63,465 nucleotides of DNA, filler included, from Octopus bimaculoides (GCF_001194135.2; 8 parts of 6 records of this genome joined end to end with filler, not necessarily neighbours in it), one strand, 5' to 3'; positions 11,283 through 23,300 are shown, numbered from the whole stretch's first letter. The notes: generated from the letters alone by a model not told the origin. Program-made: numbers and translations.

Positions 11283-14200
11283 TCCATAATTCCCACCTTA
11301 TGGGTAATAAGAGCTCTGCAGTCTTGGCTGACAGTCTTACTAGGGATGGTGTCACGATAAAAATACCGGTTGGTTGCTAACCTTAAAGCACAAACCTCAA
11401 TATTGAGTGAAAATGTCTAATACAAATGTATCAAATAATGGTATGAATGAGGCTGGAACCAAAGGTGAATGCCTTTTGCCCGGCAGGTGTCCTGTGGTTG
11501 AGCAATGCATGCCCGGTCGTCACTCAGAGACTGCTTATACACAATGACTTGTAATTGAATGGTGGATCAGAAGTGAATCCAGCAGAAGGGGATTCCGACA
11601 TTGAATGAAAGCAAAATAAAATGAAATAAAACTTCTCGAGACAAGTAAGCAACGGCTATCCGACCAAGCAAGAGCAATAAGGCATGGTTAACAGACATAG
11701 AAATTGAAAAGAAAAAGCGTAAGTAAAAACAGTAATAATACTTCACCAGCAGATGACGTGCCTAGCGAGAATAGAGAAATGAATGGCGGCAGTGAAAACG
11801 TAGAATAAAGTGAAAATGTAAATGCACTCTCGGCAAATGAAGCAGAAGTAATGGGAGGAGCTACATCACAAGAATACTATGATGATCAACAAAGCATAGT
11901 AAGGATGATGTGCCAATATATTACAGAAGACCAGGATCGAACACAACCACCAATCTGAGGTACATTGACAGATGCAAGCTCAAAGCTGTAACCGAAAGGA
12001 TAGATTCTGTCCTTGGACTATTCCAGACGGGAAATATAACTGAAACCAACAAGATTATTTGGGCTGCAGATATGGTTGTTGCAGATAGAGTCGGATACAA
12101 AGAAGAGAACAAACAGAAGGTAAAGAACCATACTAGCGTAGACGAATTTGTGAGAAACAAATAAAGTTAAAAAGACATTTAGGACAAATCAATAGATTGA
12201 AAAGAAGGGAATTGCAGAAAAAAAAACAAGAATAAGACTTGGAAGAACATATAAAATAAGAGATAACGGGTATGATGCGATACTGGAAGAAGTGAAAGAA
12301 AGAGTAGTAGCAATCAAGGCAAAACTGGAAAGATGTGGCAATAGAGCAAAACAATTCAGACAGAAAAATTGTTTGAAGCAAATCAGAAAGAAACTTTTTC
12401 AAGAATTAGATGGGCAGTTACACGTAACAATGATATCAGATGCAGATGAAAGCAAGGCATTCTGGGAAGGAATCTGGGACCAAACTGTAAAGCACAATGA
12501 TGAAGCGGAGGGGCTGTATGAAATCCAAGATAGGTTAAGAAATATAGAAGGCCAAGACAACACAAAATAACTACAGAAATGATAAAAAAAGCAGTTAAGA
12601 AAATTCTCAAATTAAAAGAGCCCAGGACCGGATGCGAAATTTTTTTCCTACGAGACTTCCGAACCTCAGTTATGAACTCATTTGCATACAGCCAATCAGA
12701 GCTCAACTATCAAACCAATTTATGAGCGCATTACAAGTGATGGGTGATAAAATACAATCACTTGGGTAAGGAATGACCATGCATCTTTTCTCTTTTAATA
12801 GTACTTGTTCTTGTTCTTGTTTCAACTATGGCTGCCTCCGCATTATTATTTATGTTGGTGTTTACTTTGTAAAACAGTAAGGGAAGAGTGTTGCTAGCAC
12901 ATCAGCCTCTACCCACATTTTTCCCATCCACATTTTTACCATATGGGGCCCTAACAAAATCCGAGAGTAGGTATAGATGCAAATCTAATTACTTGTCTCC
13001 CAAAATCAGGTATAACTTGGCGATCGGTCGACTTACAACACCGTTCTTCGTCTTGAGTTTACTTGGTAGAGTGTGTTTTACCAAGAGATTGGTTGTATTT
13101 AACACATTCACGAATGTCATGCTGGGCTTTGCGCCTAGGCATAATCTGAACGGCACCTTTCCTTTTACACTTTTCAAACAATCCTTCAATGGTCTGCCAG
13201 CACCAATGCGGTTTCTGTCACTACCAGCCATCTTTCTCTTGGATGCTGCAGATGGTTGCACACCAATCGTCTTCATACTGACCAGAGATTTTTGTTTGGG
13301 AGAAAAAAAATTTTGCACTAGAGATTTTCGTTTTTTCTTGCCAAGAACATGTGCCACACCAGAGTACCGACCAAAGCAATGAAGCGCGGAAGCTAATGCA
13401 GTATCTAACAATATACAGACTTCCATAATTCGTACCAATGAATTAATGTGTATTTATAAAACCTTCAAGCAGTTTCAGTACTTTCATAACATTATTACTC
13501 TAGTAATTCAAACCTACGGCTAACCAACGTATGTGTTCAGTATCGATGATATTGGCATCTGAATGAGAGCACAATACAAGATTCGCAGGGCAATCGGAGG
13601 TCGCCATTTTGAATGCCAGCCTTTGTTAAGTTGACAACAAGATCAAGGTGAGCTCTGATTGGCTGTATGCAAGTGAGTTCGTTACTGGGGTCCGAAACTC
13701 TCGTGGGGAAAAAACTTCGCGGACCGGATGGGGTCCAAGGTTATTGGATGAAGAAGCTGAGAGGACTCCATGAAAAGATAGCTCAACAGCTAGATGGACG
13801 TCTGCAAGAAGGCACGTACCCAGCTGGACGACAAGGGGGAAACCATGTGCCAACGATCCTGAAAAGGGTAATTGTGTATCCAACTTTCGACCGTAACGTG
13901 GCTTCCGTTAATATGGAACTGTATAGATATTTAGTAATAAGTGGGGTGCTACCCACTGAATAGAAAGGGTCTCGAAAGAGGAGTCGGGGAAAGAAAGATC
14001 GGCCGTTAATTGATAATCTAATTATCAGAAACTGCAAGAGAAGTTACACAAAGCTGAGCACTCCTCGGTAAGAAGAATCATGGAAATATATAGAGTGACA
14101 GGAAACATGAGAAGCCTTATATAGAACAGTATGAAATGTTGGAGAACTGAATTGACAGCAGGGAGTCAAGTATTAGGATAGGTGAAAATCATGAGAGGAA

Positions 14201-15020
14201 TCTTCCAGGGGGGATAGTGTGTCTCCACTGATATTCGTGTCGGGAATGATCCCCCTTGAGTGAAATACTACAGAAGACAAAGTTGGGGTATTCATGGACG
14301 ACTTGAAGTTGTTCACAAAAAGTGAGGCAGAACTGGACAGCCTAGTCCAGCCTGTGCGGATTTTCTCGAATGAATCAAAATGGAGTTTGGACTCACAAAA
14401 TGTGCTTACGATGGTGATGAGATGAGGAAAGCTTCTCAATACAGAAGGCAGATGGAGGCCAAGTGGTGAAATGATGAAGGCAATTGAACCTGAATCCGGT
14501 TATAAATATCTGAGAATACTTGAATCAAAAGGAATTAAACACAATATGAAAGAAAACACAAAAAATGAGTACCTGAGGCGAGTGAGAAAAATAAGTAGTT
14601 CGGTATGGTGCTGGCATCTTGAAGTGAACAGAGGTGGGGCTAAAAAGTTGGACAGGAAGACAAAGCTCCTAACGATGCACGGAGCCCATCATCTACGTGC
14701 AGCCACTGATCGCCTATACATGAAGAGAGCGAATGTAGGAAGGGGGCTGATAAGTTTGGAAGACTGTGTACGCTTCGGACTCAGAGCTTAATCAGGTACC
14801 TATCTCAAAGTAAGGAAACTTTGCTTGTGTCAGATAGGAATCAGGGAGTATTGAAAACTAATAAAAACGGAAAAACAAAGGAAGAAGTACAAAAATGACA
14901 TGAAGAAGCATTACGCAACAAGGGACAACACAATCAATTCTATGTAGCCACAACAGAAGTTGCTGGAAAACATAGGTGGGATTGGCAGAAGAAAGGAACA
15001 CTGAAAAAAAAAGACTGATA
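11283..15020 (+). mobile_element. Long decayed Dong/R4-like element including its 5' region, interrupted by a Mutator-like insertion
   Basis: N-terminal remnants MSNTNVS..PGR..PGRH..TA, NLRYIDRCKLK..ITETNKIIWAA; RT KSPGPDGVQGYW, GIFQGDSVSPL, FMDDLKLF, YKYL, DRLY.KR..GRGLISLEDCV. Confidence 0.8.
12634..13720 (-). mobile_element. Non-autonomous Mutator (MULE)-like DNA transposon, 1087 bp
   Basis: 72-bp imperfect TIRs (12634-12705; 13649-13720); perfect 9-bp TSD GGACCGGAT (12625-12633, 13721-13729); internal minus-strand remnant IGVQPSAASKRK..GAGRP resembling a MULE transposase C-terminus. Confidence 0.8.
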
Positions 15021-15027
15021 AGACAGA

Positions 15028-15335
15028 CCTTTCAGGTGTAGCTTCCTCTCGGCCCATTTCTGTGTGAGAGTAGTCACCTTTCTTACTACTCCGTCCTAGT
15101 TTTTGTCCATCTGGAGATCAGCACCGAACCAGATCCCGAGCAATTTAACCAGTGCCCAACGACACAGGTGAATGGCATGTACTTGCCTCTCCAGGTGCCA
15201 GACTGCAATTCTACTTACTTTTCCTAGTTGATTTGCGTTCTTGTTACCACTCCGTAGTCCCTGAAAGCGTTGCCGATTATCTCAATACGTTTGCTTTTCG
15301 ACACCACTACAGTGATGTCGTCGACATCTGCTGAA
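15028..15335 (-). mobile_element. Tx1/L1-like LINE RT fragment
   Basis: Minus translation DVDDITVVVS...KLLGIWFG...KWAERKLHLKG (cf. YADD..; KLSLKGR). Confidence 0.7.
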
Positions 15336-15399
15336 ACGGATCTCCCGCATCTTAGTTCATGTGTGATGCCCCTCAATAAGCAGCAATATTGATGATATA

Positions 15400-15520
15400 A
15401 AGTTAGTAGATTACACTGATAACAGTACTTGGCTGGTAATTAATTTTATCGACTTCTGAAAAGATGAAAGACAAAGTTGATGAAGGCGCAATTTCAGAAT
15501 ACCAGAAATTTAAAGGAAGG
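15400..15520 (-). mobile_element. SINE family B fragment, decayed
   Basis: TTTATCGACTTCTGAAAAGATGAAAGACAAAGTTGA. Confidence 0.6.
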
Positions 15521-16054
15521 GAGCAATCAATTATTTCCGTCCTGGTATTTGAATGATAATTTGTTTTATGGACAACAGAAGGATAAAGAACATAGTCGAC
15601 CTCGGCTGCTCTTGAACGGAAAATGTAAAAAAAAAAAAGAGGATTTTAAATACTGTAAAGTATTATGCTAGAGACCCTACAATAATTGCGAAATCTAACG
15701 TCGATCTGGAAGTTTTCCTCCAGACAAAACCAATAAAAATATAACAATAATTACGTTTCCTGATATTAATGAAATAAGCTGTCAATAACATTGACAGTAA
15801 CCAGACAGCATTATGAAACACAGTAGAGAGTGACAGTAACAAATATCATGGGAATGACATTTAATTATACTGCCATGATTTCCATCAGATCTCAAAAAGC
15901 AAAACAGCTTTAATCGTGCGTAACAATTCTTCGCTTCAGCTGCAACTGCTACCATTTAAACTAGTAACTTCAGTATATTTCGAAATTTATATAAAAGATG
16001 TCTAAACAGACAGAACTAAAATTCAAAATGCGGAGTAATGTTTTATACATACAA

Positions 16055-16086
<32 letters not shown>

Positions 16087-16091
<5 letters not shown>

Positions 16092-17196
16092 GGTGTTCAA
16101 GCTAAATTTGACAATTTGTATAAAAACAAAACAACATATTCCACCCGGAAATAAAGGTATTTTAAAACATCAAAAAATATCCACGAGATCAAGGTTAGGA
16201 GATAATATTTTACTCAAAGTAGCCGCCCCCAGCTTCCACCACGGTCTCAAGATGGCTCCGGATCTTGGTGCATGCCTTTCTCACTGTGTTCATTGAAAAT
16301 CCTTTGAACATTCCTTAATCTTGGCCACCAGCCCGACTTTGGTGCTGCCTCACACATAGTAACCCATGGTATTATAATTGGATGAATTAGGAAGCCTGGA
16401 ATTGGAACTGGTGAAGTCATAAAAATTCTGCAACAACCATTTCTAAAGCTTCCCTGAGATATGAGGAGCCAAATTCTACTGCTATTCAAATGGTCTTCCA
16501 GCAGCAACTCTCTCCAGCAAAGGTTTGATCAGTCTCAAGTATCTTTACATAACCATTTGAATTGATCTGAGGGCTTTGTTCAAAGATGTGGGACGGCATG
16601 ATATCATCACTGACGACACAGCCAAAGACCACAACAGTGTTAGACAACTTGATTTTCATGATACGTGGGATATCACATGGATTGTGGGCAAACCACCTCT
16701 TGTTTTAGGTGTTGTGCAACTGGTTCTGGCAGTTCTTTTCATCTAAGAAGCACCAGATCATCCCCGGCTCAACAGAATAACTCAGCGATTTGCCTTGACC
16801 TTGACTGTCAGAATTTGTCCCTTGTACCTATTTTATAAGTGATAGCGAATGTCTGCATTCAGGATCAATTTCATGGAGGTGACTCCAGCAGCTATCCCCT
16901 TCACCAAATCCCAGATGCCCTTGCTCAGATCTTTCAGCACCTTGTCCTGAAGTTGTTGGATGAACTCCGGCGTACGTCATGGTGTCGGAATTTTGATACA
17001 CGGCGTGAATCAATATGATAATGGTAACTCTTTTCCAATATTCAGATGGTCTTTAGTCCTCCATGTCGTCTAACTTTTTCTTAAAAACAACTTTTGCATT
17101 TATGCTCTTCAATGCCATTAACTGTTCACCAATACATCAAAATGTTCCTGAAAAATGGAGAAATAAAATATCGTCAAATTTAGCCCGAACACTCTG
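16087..17196 (-). mobile_element. Tc1/mariner-superfamily transposon (DD37D/maT-like), about 1.1 kb, pseudogenised
   Basis: About 25-bp TIRs (16087-16112; 17173-17196, followed by TA); remnants MIWCFLDEKN, RVAAGRP, NF.DFTS...PNS..YN.MGYYV. Confidence 0.85.
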
Positions 17197-17225
17197 TACA
17201 AACACACACACACACACACACACAA

Positions 17226-17520
17226 GCACTGCAGAGTGGTCGAATGGTTAAGAAATTCGCTGTTCGACCATGAGGTTCCGAATTCGATCATATTTCATGG
17301 CATTTTGTGCAATTTGTCATTTTCTATATCTCTTAAGAGAAATTTTTCAAGCTGGGCAGGTGGAAACGCTATAAAAACCCGTCAGATGGATTGTACCTGT
17401 AATTTAAAGACAAGCCTTACCACACATTGTGTTACATCTAATCTGCCTGAGAATTATGTTAATGACACATGTGCCTGTGGAATCTTTAGTCACACGTTAA
17501 TTCAATGAGCAGATAATTCA
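17226..17520 (+). mobile_element. Chimeric-looking SINE: family C-like head plus family A-like 3' body
   Basis: Head GAGTGGTCGAATGGTTAAG..GGTTCCGAATTC; tail GTACCTGTAATTTAAAG..CACATGTGCCTGTGG..GTTAATTCAATGAGCAG matches family A. Confidence 0.6.
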
Positions 17521-18096
17521 GGGGATCTTTTCTGTTGCTTTCACAGTTTTAAATTTTGTCCTAATTGTTTTCAAATTTGGTCTACTGATTTAGTTTTGTA
17601 TGCTAATTATGAAAGCGAAATCATTTTTGCCAATCAATAAATAAAAGTTGATGACTTTTAAAGTTAAGAGAATTTGAACAATTTTAATCAAACAAAAGCT
17701 ACAGACACATTGGTGCCTGTTTCCGTAGTAACAAGCGAAACTATAGTCTGCTTAAACCACCTCCACGTGTATCTCCTTTACCTGTGTATGTTCTTTCACG
17801 AGTGCCTATTTTTTTGGACCATTGTACCTCGTTTTCTTGTTGTGTCTTGTCACTGTCTTACCTTCATAATTTTTAACTGCGTTTTCCCGGCTCGTTTCAA
17901 CCTAAATACAAATATGACTGCAACCAACCCGTTTAGTCTTTCGAGTTTGATGGAGAAAGTGAAAGCGAGGAGAATGAGGTTCCTCACTTTCAAGAGAAGT
18001 GTATTATCCCTAAAAGAAAATTGTGTAAAAAGAGGCTGACCACTATGTATGTGTTCTTTTAGCCCATGTAATTCTTTTGACGAGCAGTCAAATCCA

Positions 18097-18187
18097 AACC
18101 CTAAGCTAAACACTAACACTAAACCCTAGACCTAACCCTAAACCCTAAACTTAAACCTGAACCCTAAACTTAAACCTAGACCCTAAC
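18097..18187. repeat. Degenerate CCCTAA/CCTAAA telomere-like tract
   Basis: CCCTAAGCTAAACACTAACACTAAACCCTAGACCTAACCCTAAACCCTAAAC... Confidence 0.7.
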
Positions 18188-19563
18188 GTACTTGGTTCGT
18201 TTTTTTTTTTTTTGTCTTTTTGTAATATTTCACAAAAAACTTCGTTGGGGATTTTTTCTTGTTTAAATTATTTGCATGCTTGGTTCACCGTTTCACATGA
18301 CTTTATTAATTAAAACGTATTAAAATTTCAAAACATCTTACAACTTTCATCGTTATATTGTTTCCAAATTTACCAAATTTAAAAATCTTCATTTAATTTT
18401 AAAATTTCAAAATCTGTGACCACAACAGAAAAGACCCAATACAGTTGATCGACCAACTGAATACTGATCGTCCAACCAACAGAGAACCAGCTATAACAGC
18501 GCGTGCGTGTGTGAGAGAGAGAGAGAGAGAGTGTGTGTGTGTGTACATACACACAGAGAGAGTGAGTAGGGTGGAAAGGAGAGATAGAGGACATTCTATA
18601 GAGATAACTGAAAGGTGATATACGGAACGTCGTACGCCAGAATTTCATAATAAATAGAAATTTTTGTCTTAGGAGAAAGAAAACAAAAACCTAGCGAACA
18701 TGTTTACGTATTCTCAAACAAGTATTCCTAACTTTCACCTCTGAATGTCAAAATTTATGTTAACTGATTAGCAGTCTTGATTAATCTGTATCTCTGCTAA
18801 TGATTATAAGAGAGCAGACTTTCAGACATCTATACATGAAAATTAGATTTGGAGAAACTAACTGATGTCTTGAAATTATTTCACCTTTCTTTGACACTCC
18901 TTCACATCTGCGCCTAAGCATTTTTCTTTCCTCAGCTAAAAGAGAATTTTTTTTTTTTAATTAAGAGTCTAAGTTTTTTTAATTGAGTTATCTAAGTTCA
19001 TATCATTGGCTCAATTATGCTGTTTCCATTGTATCTTTAGTTATGCAAATTATGCAAGCCAAACATTATTTGCAATTTTCATTATGCAAATATTTGTGTT
19101 AATTGAGAGATAGACTTCCTTATACTATATTATGCTAATGAGATTTAATGTAGAGAAGCATGTCCATGGTTGTTTGTATTCTTGCCTGCTAATAAAAATC
19201 AGATTTCCCTTACCCAGAAAAAGCAAATTTCCTTCGATAATTCTTGATTTCTTGATTAACCTCACCTATTCATTGGGAATCTCTAACAACTGTCACTAGG
19301 CAAATTTCAATTCATTTCAATTCAGAAAAAGGTTGCATACAACGTTCGTTATATGGGCCCTTTACTTAATTGCTTAAATTCATCGACTTAACCTATTTGA
19401 ATTATTTATCTTATTTCGTTATATTTTTTAATTGTATGCAGATAGATATTATATGTATGGATGTGTATGCATGTCTTGTTTGTATAAGCACAAGTACACA
19501 CACTCTTATACAGTAGCGGCGGTAATATAAGGGTCAATAAGAACAAGTGTATTGAAATATTTA

Positions 19564-19838
19564 TCGCTGTTCGATCATGAGGTTCCGAATTCGATCATAT
19601 TTCATGGCATTTTGTGCAATTTGTCATTTTCTATATCTCTTAAGAGAAATTTTTCAAGCTGGGCAGATGGAAACGCTATAAAAACCCGTCAGATGGATTG
19701 TACCTGTAATTTAAAGACAAGCCTTACCACACATTGTGTTACATCTAATCTGCCTGAGAATTATGTTAATGACACATGTGCCTGTGGAATCTTTAGTCAC
19801 ACGTTAATTCAATGAGCAGATAATTCAGGGGATCTTTT
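19564..19838 (+). repeat. Near-identical duplicate of about 17257-17530
   Basis: About 275 bp with two visible substitutions, ending at a 10-N gap. Confidence 0.9.
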
Positions 19839-20117
19839 NNNNNNNNNNGTAGCGGCGGTAATATAAGGGTCAATAAGAACAAGTGTATTGAAATATTTAT
19901 TATAGAAGATTAACAAAACGTTGTGACTAGATATTTTACACATATTTAGATATATCTAATTTCTATCTTTTGTGAAAATTTCAAGTGAATGGAATAAATA
20001 TTTCATAAGTTTTGAGGAAATAAACAAATAAGCTTCCAAACTACAATAGCCAAAAGTTAAGGGTCACTTAGAAAAACAATGATAAAAAGAACAAGAAGAA
20101 AAAAGAAACCCTTACTA

Positions 20118-21100
20118 TTAATATTTTGTGAATATATCTTTACTATCAATGTCCTCTTGATATCTGTTACTGCAGGACTGAATTAATTTCTTACAAAATG
20201 ATGGAGTAATATCGTTCCATTCGTTTTTCAATAATTCCCAGAGCTCATCTTGGTTCGTTGGATTTCTCTTTCACGCTCCATCTCCAATAAACTTCTAAAC
20301 GTTTTCTATAGGGTTGAGATCGAGACTTTGAGGTGGCCAGTCCATGAGATGAACCCCTTCATCACTCAAAAAATCTTTGACTCTCTTCGCAATGTGACAG
20401 GGAGCGTTGGCCTGCACAAAGATAGGAGGTTAAACTGACGAGGATTGGAGATATGGAAGAGCATGCTGTCTAAGAATCTACTTGTAGCTTTCAGCAGTGA
20501 CAATCCCTTGTAGGCGAATAAATAAACCGGGACCTGCAGCAGAGATCACTCTCCATACCGTTACACTGCCTCTTCCATATTTCACTGTCTTCTTCACGCA
20601 TGCACGAGATAACCTTTCGCCACTTCTTCGTCGGACGTACATCCTGACATCGGAACCAATCACATTAAACTTTGGTTCATCGCTAAAATTAACCAGCGAC
20701 CACTGTTCTTCTATCCAAACGACATGTTCGTGAGCGAAACGAAGACGGGCTCTTTGATTCTTCTTGGAGATCAGAGGTTTCTTTGCCGGTGCCTGAGCAA
20801 GCAACCTCGAACCTCGCAACTTCCGAGAAACTGTTTTGCGCGATATGTTGACATCGGAAGTGGAGCTAAACTCGCAGGATATCTCAGTAGCATTCTTAAA
20901 CCTATCCTTCAATGACATTCTAACCATAATACGATCCTGTCTTGGTGAAGTTTTATACGAGATCTACCGGTTTTAGGTTTAGCATCTGTCGATCCTGGTG
21001 ACCTAAAACGAGCTACAATTTGTTGCACAATACTTCTAGACATTCCTACAGGCGCAGCTTTTAAATAGAGCATCAGTTTTTTTTTATCAAAACTAGTTTT
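20118..21100 (-). pseudogene. Tc1 (DD34E-type) transposase pseudogene
   Basis: ORF 20478-20927: KKPLISKKN..ARLRFAHEH..W...FSDE.KFN; downstream QANAPCH, WPPQSLDLNPIENV*; stops and frameshifts. Confidence 0.9.
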
Positions 21101-21480
21101 GAAGACGTAGCAAACCTTTTATACGCTGAAACATCCACTTGCGCACTGGTTTTAGAAACCCTAGACGCAACTGAGTTTTTGGTGCATTAGAACTTAAATC
21201 CATTTTAGGAGATATATTTGGGGGCGCTAATTACAAAAAATTACATTGATTTTGACATATCAATTCTAATTAATGATCTTCAAATAATGTCAGTATTAAA
21301 GCTTTTTATATATTACATGCGACCAAACTACCTATTGGATAGTGTTAATGTGACTGAGTACTCCCACATTGATTTTTTTTTTAATGGAGTTACTTTGCAG
21401 AACAAAATTTTAATTGATAGGCAAAAACCAATATAATTTTTAGGGTTCAGCGCCTATAAATTAATAAAAACAACTCTCAG

Positions 21481-21580
21481 AAAAAAGAAACCCTTACTAT
21501 TAATATTTTATGAATATATCTTTACTATCAATTTGTTACTGCAAGACTGAATTAATTTCTTGCAAAATGATGGAGTAAAA
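21481..21580 (-). mobile_element. Second short copy of the Tc1 transposase 3' end
   Basis: Matches 20100-20210 with an internal deletion. Confidence 0.75.
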
Positions 21581-22232
21581 GTTGTTTCCCAAATGTTCAG
21601 CAAAAGTTGTTTCCCAAATCCACAACCAGATAGTCAAACAGCGCAACCATTCGGGTGAAGCACAACCTACTACGTTTCTTTGAAGTATTTTGTCGTAACA
21701 AAAACATTATGGAATGCCATTCCACAGAAAACAAGTTACAGTTTTGCTCATATACAAAAGCATAAGTCTTCACAAAAATACTATTATGCTCTATCAATAT
21801 GCACGACATCTAAATCAATATTTGTTATAACGTGTATGAAATACATACATATATTGCAGAATATTTCTTTGAAAAAATTGTGTGGATACGCAATGTTCAC
21901 GAACGTAATTTGTGCGAGTGAAATTGGGTTGACATAAACCGTATAGATGGAATGTACCTGTTATTCAATGTTACAGCTTTGTCGCTCACTATATCCAACT
22001 GATTCTGTCTAAAAAGCATTGTAAGTGTACATATGTCTACAGAATTCTCACCCACTTTATATGCTAATTAAAGGAGCAGGCAATTCATTAGCTCGAGCAA
22101 ATGAATACTGAACGATGAAACCGATAGAGATCAATTTACATACGCGCACACACGCACAGATAGGCACGCACATGCACACACATACACATACATACATGTG
22201 TGTGTGTGTGTGTGTGTGTGTGCGTGAATCCA

Positions 22233-23142
22233 CAATCCTCAGGTAAAATCTTAAACAAGTATAAACAGGCAGTGGAGGCGCAATAGCCCAGTGGTTAGGG
22301 CAGCAGACTCGCGGTCATAGGCTCACGGTTTCGATTCCCAGACCGGGCATTGTGAGTGTTTATTGAGCGAAAACACCTAAAAGCTACACGAGGCTCCGGT
22401 AGGGGTTGGTGGCGAACCCTGCTGTACTCTTTCACCACAACTTTCTTTCACTCTTACTTCCTGTTTCTGTTGTACCTGTAATTCGAAGGGTCAGCCTTGT
22501 CACACTGTGTCACGCTGAATATCCCCGAGAACTACGTTAAGGGTACACGTGTCTGTGAAGTGCTCAGCCACTTGCACGTTAATTTCACGAGCAGGCTGTT
22601 CCGTTGATCGGATCAACTGGAACCCTCGACGTCGTAAGTGACGGAGTGCCAACAATAAACAGGCAAGATAAAATCTTGATGATGACCTGTCCAACAAATA
22701 ACATGATAAATATGTAATATTTTGAAAACGAACATTCGAATTTATAGAGAAATCAGAAGTATAATTGGGCATGCGAGGAACAATGGGGCCAAAACATCTT
22801 TATTATTTAAAGCAGTTATCTTAATTAGTTTAACTTGATGTGAAGGAGTGTCTGCAAACAGGTAGGCTGAAGTCAAATCATTTCTAGGAAGATATCTTGT
22901 CCGTTAAGTGAGAAGCAGCAAAAAGACATAAAAACGTCAACATTTCATTTTAGTAGACACACATGCGCATACAGACATATGCACTCATATACACTTATGC
23001 ATAAGTATACATATATACATAAAAATTCGAATGTTCTATTTTAAAATATCACATATTCAACATGTTATTTGTTGGGTAGGTCGTCATCAAGGTTTTACCT
23101 TTCCTATTCATATCTGTTCAAAATTTTACCTGAAGAGGATTG
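22233..23142. mobile_element. Foldback/MITE-like element with about 120-bp TIRs; left TIR interrupted by a SINE
   Basis: After removing the SINE, CAATCCTCAGGTAAAATCTTAAACAAG...TTGATGATGACCTGTCCAACAAATAACATG...GAACATTCGAA aligns with the reverse complement of 23025-23142. Confidence 0.75.
22272..22654 (+). mobile_element. tRNA-derived SINE family A, full length
   Basis: A box TAGCCCAGTGG, B box GGTTTCGATTCCC; 11-bp TSD ATAAACAGGCA (22261-22271, 22655-22665). Confidence 0.92.
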
Positions 23143-23300
23143 ATTTTTGCTATAATGTAATCTATGAAAACACCAATAAAATTCTACTGAAACAACTGCA
23201 GCAAATTTTAAACCCCATTTGTGGTCTTTATTCCTACACCGTATCTGGAACCAGGCCTGTGTCAGATTTACCGTTTAAATTAGATTTGATACTTATATAT

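Larger units (their letters stand above)
19511..21200 (-). mobile_element. Tc1-like DNA transposon; only one terminus seen
   Basis: TA|CAGTAGCGGCGGTAATATAAGGG terminus at 19511, repeated at 19849 across a gap; transposase remnant inside. Confidence 0.75.

Noticed and set aside
11095-11355. Poly-F and poly-L ORFs
   Set aside because: Reverse-strand reading of the (AAG)n tract
17226-17508. Duplicated 87-90 aa ORF (also 19552-19815)
   Set aside because: Lies in a SINE-derived duplicated segment; not a gene pair
22272-22345. tRNA-like A/B boxes here and in other SINE heads
   Set aside because: Part of multi-copy SINEs with body, tail and TSD; no complete cloverleaf, so not called as tRNA genes
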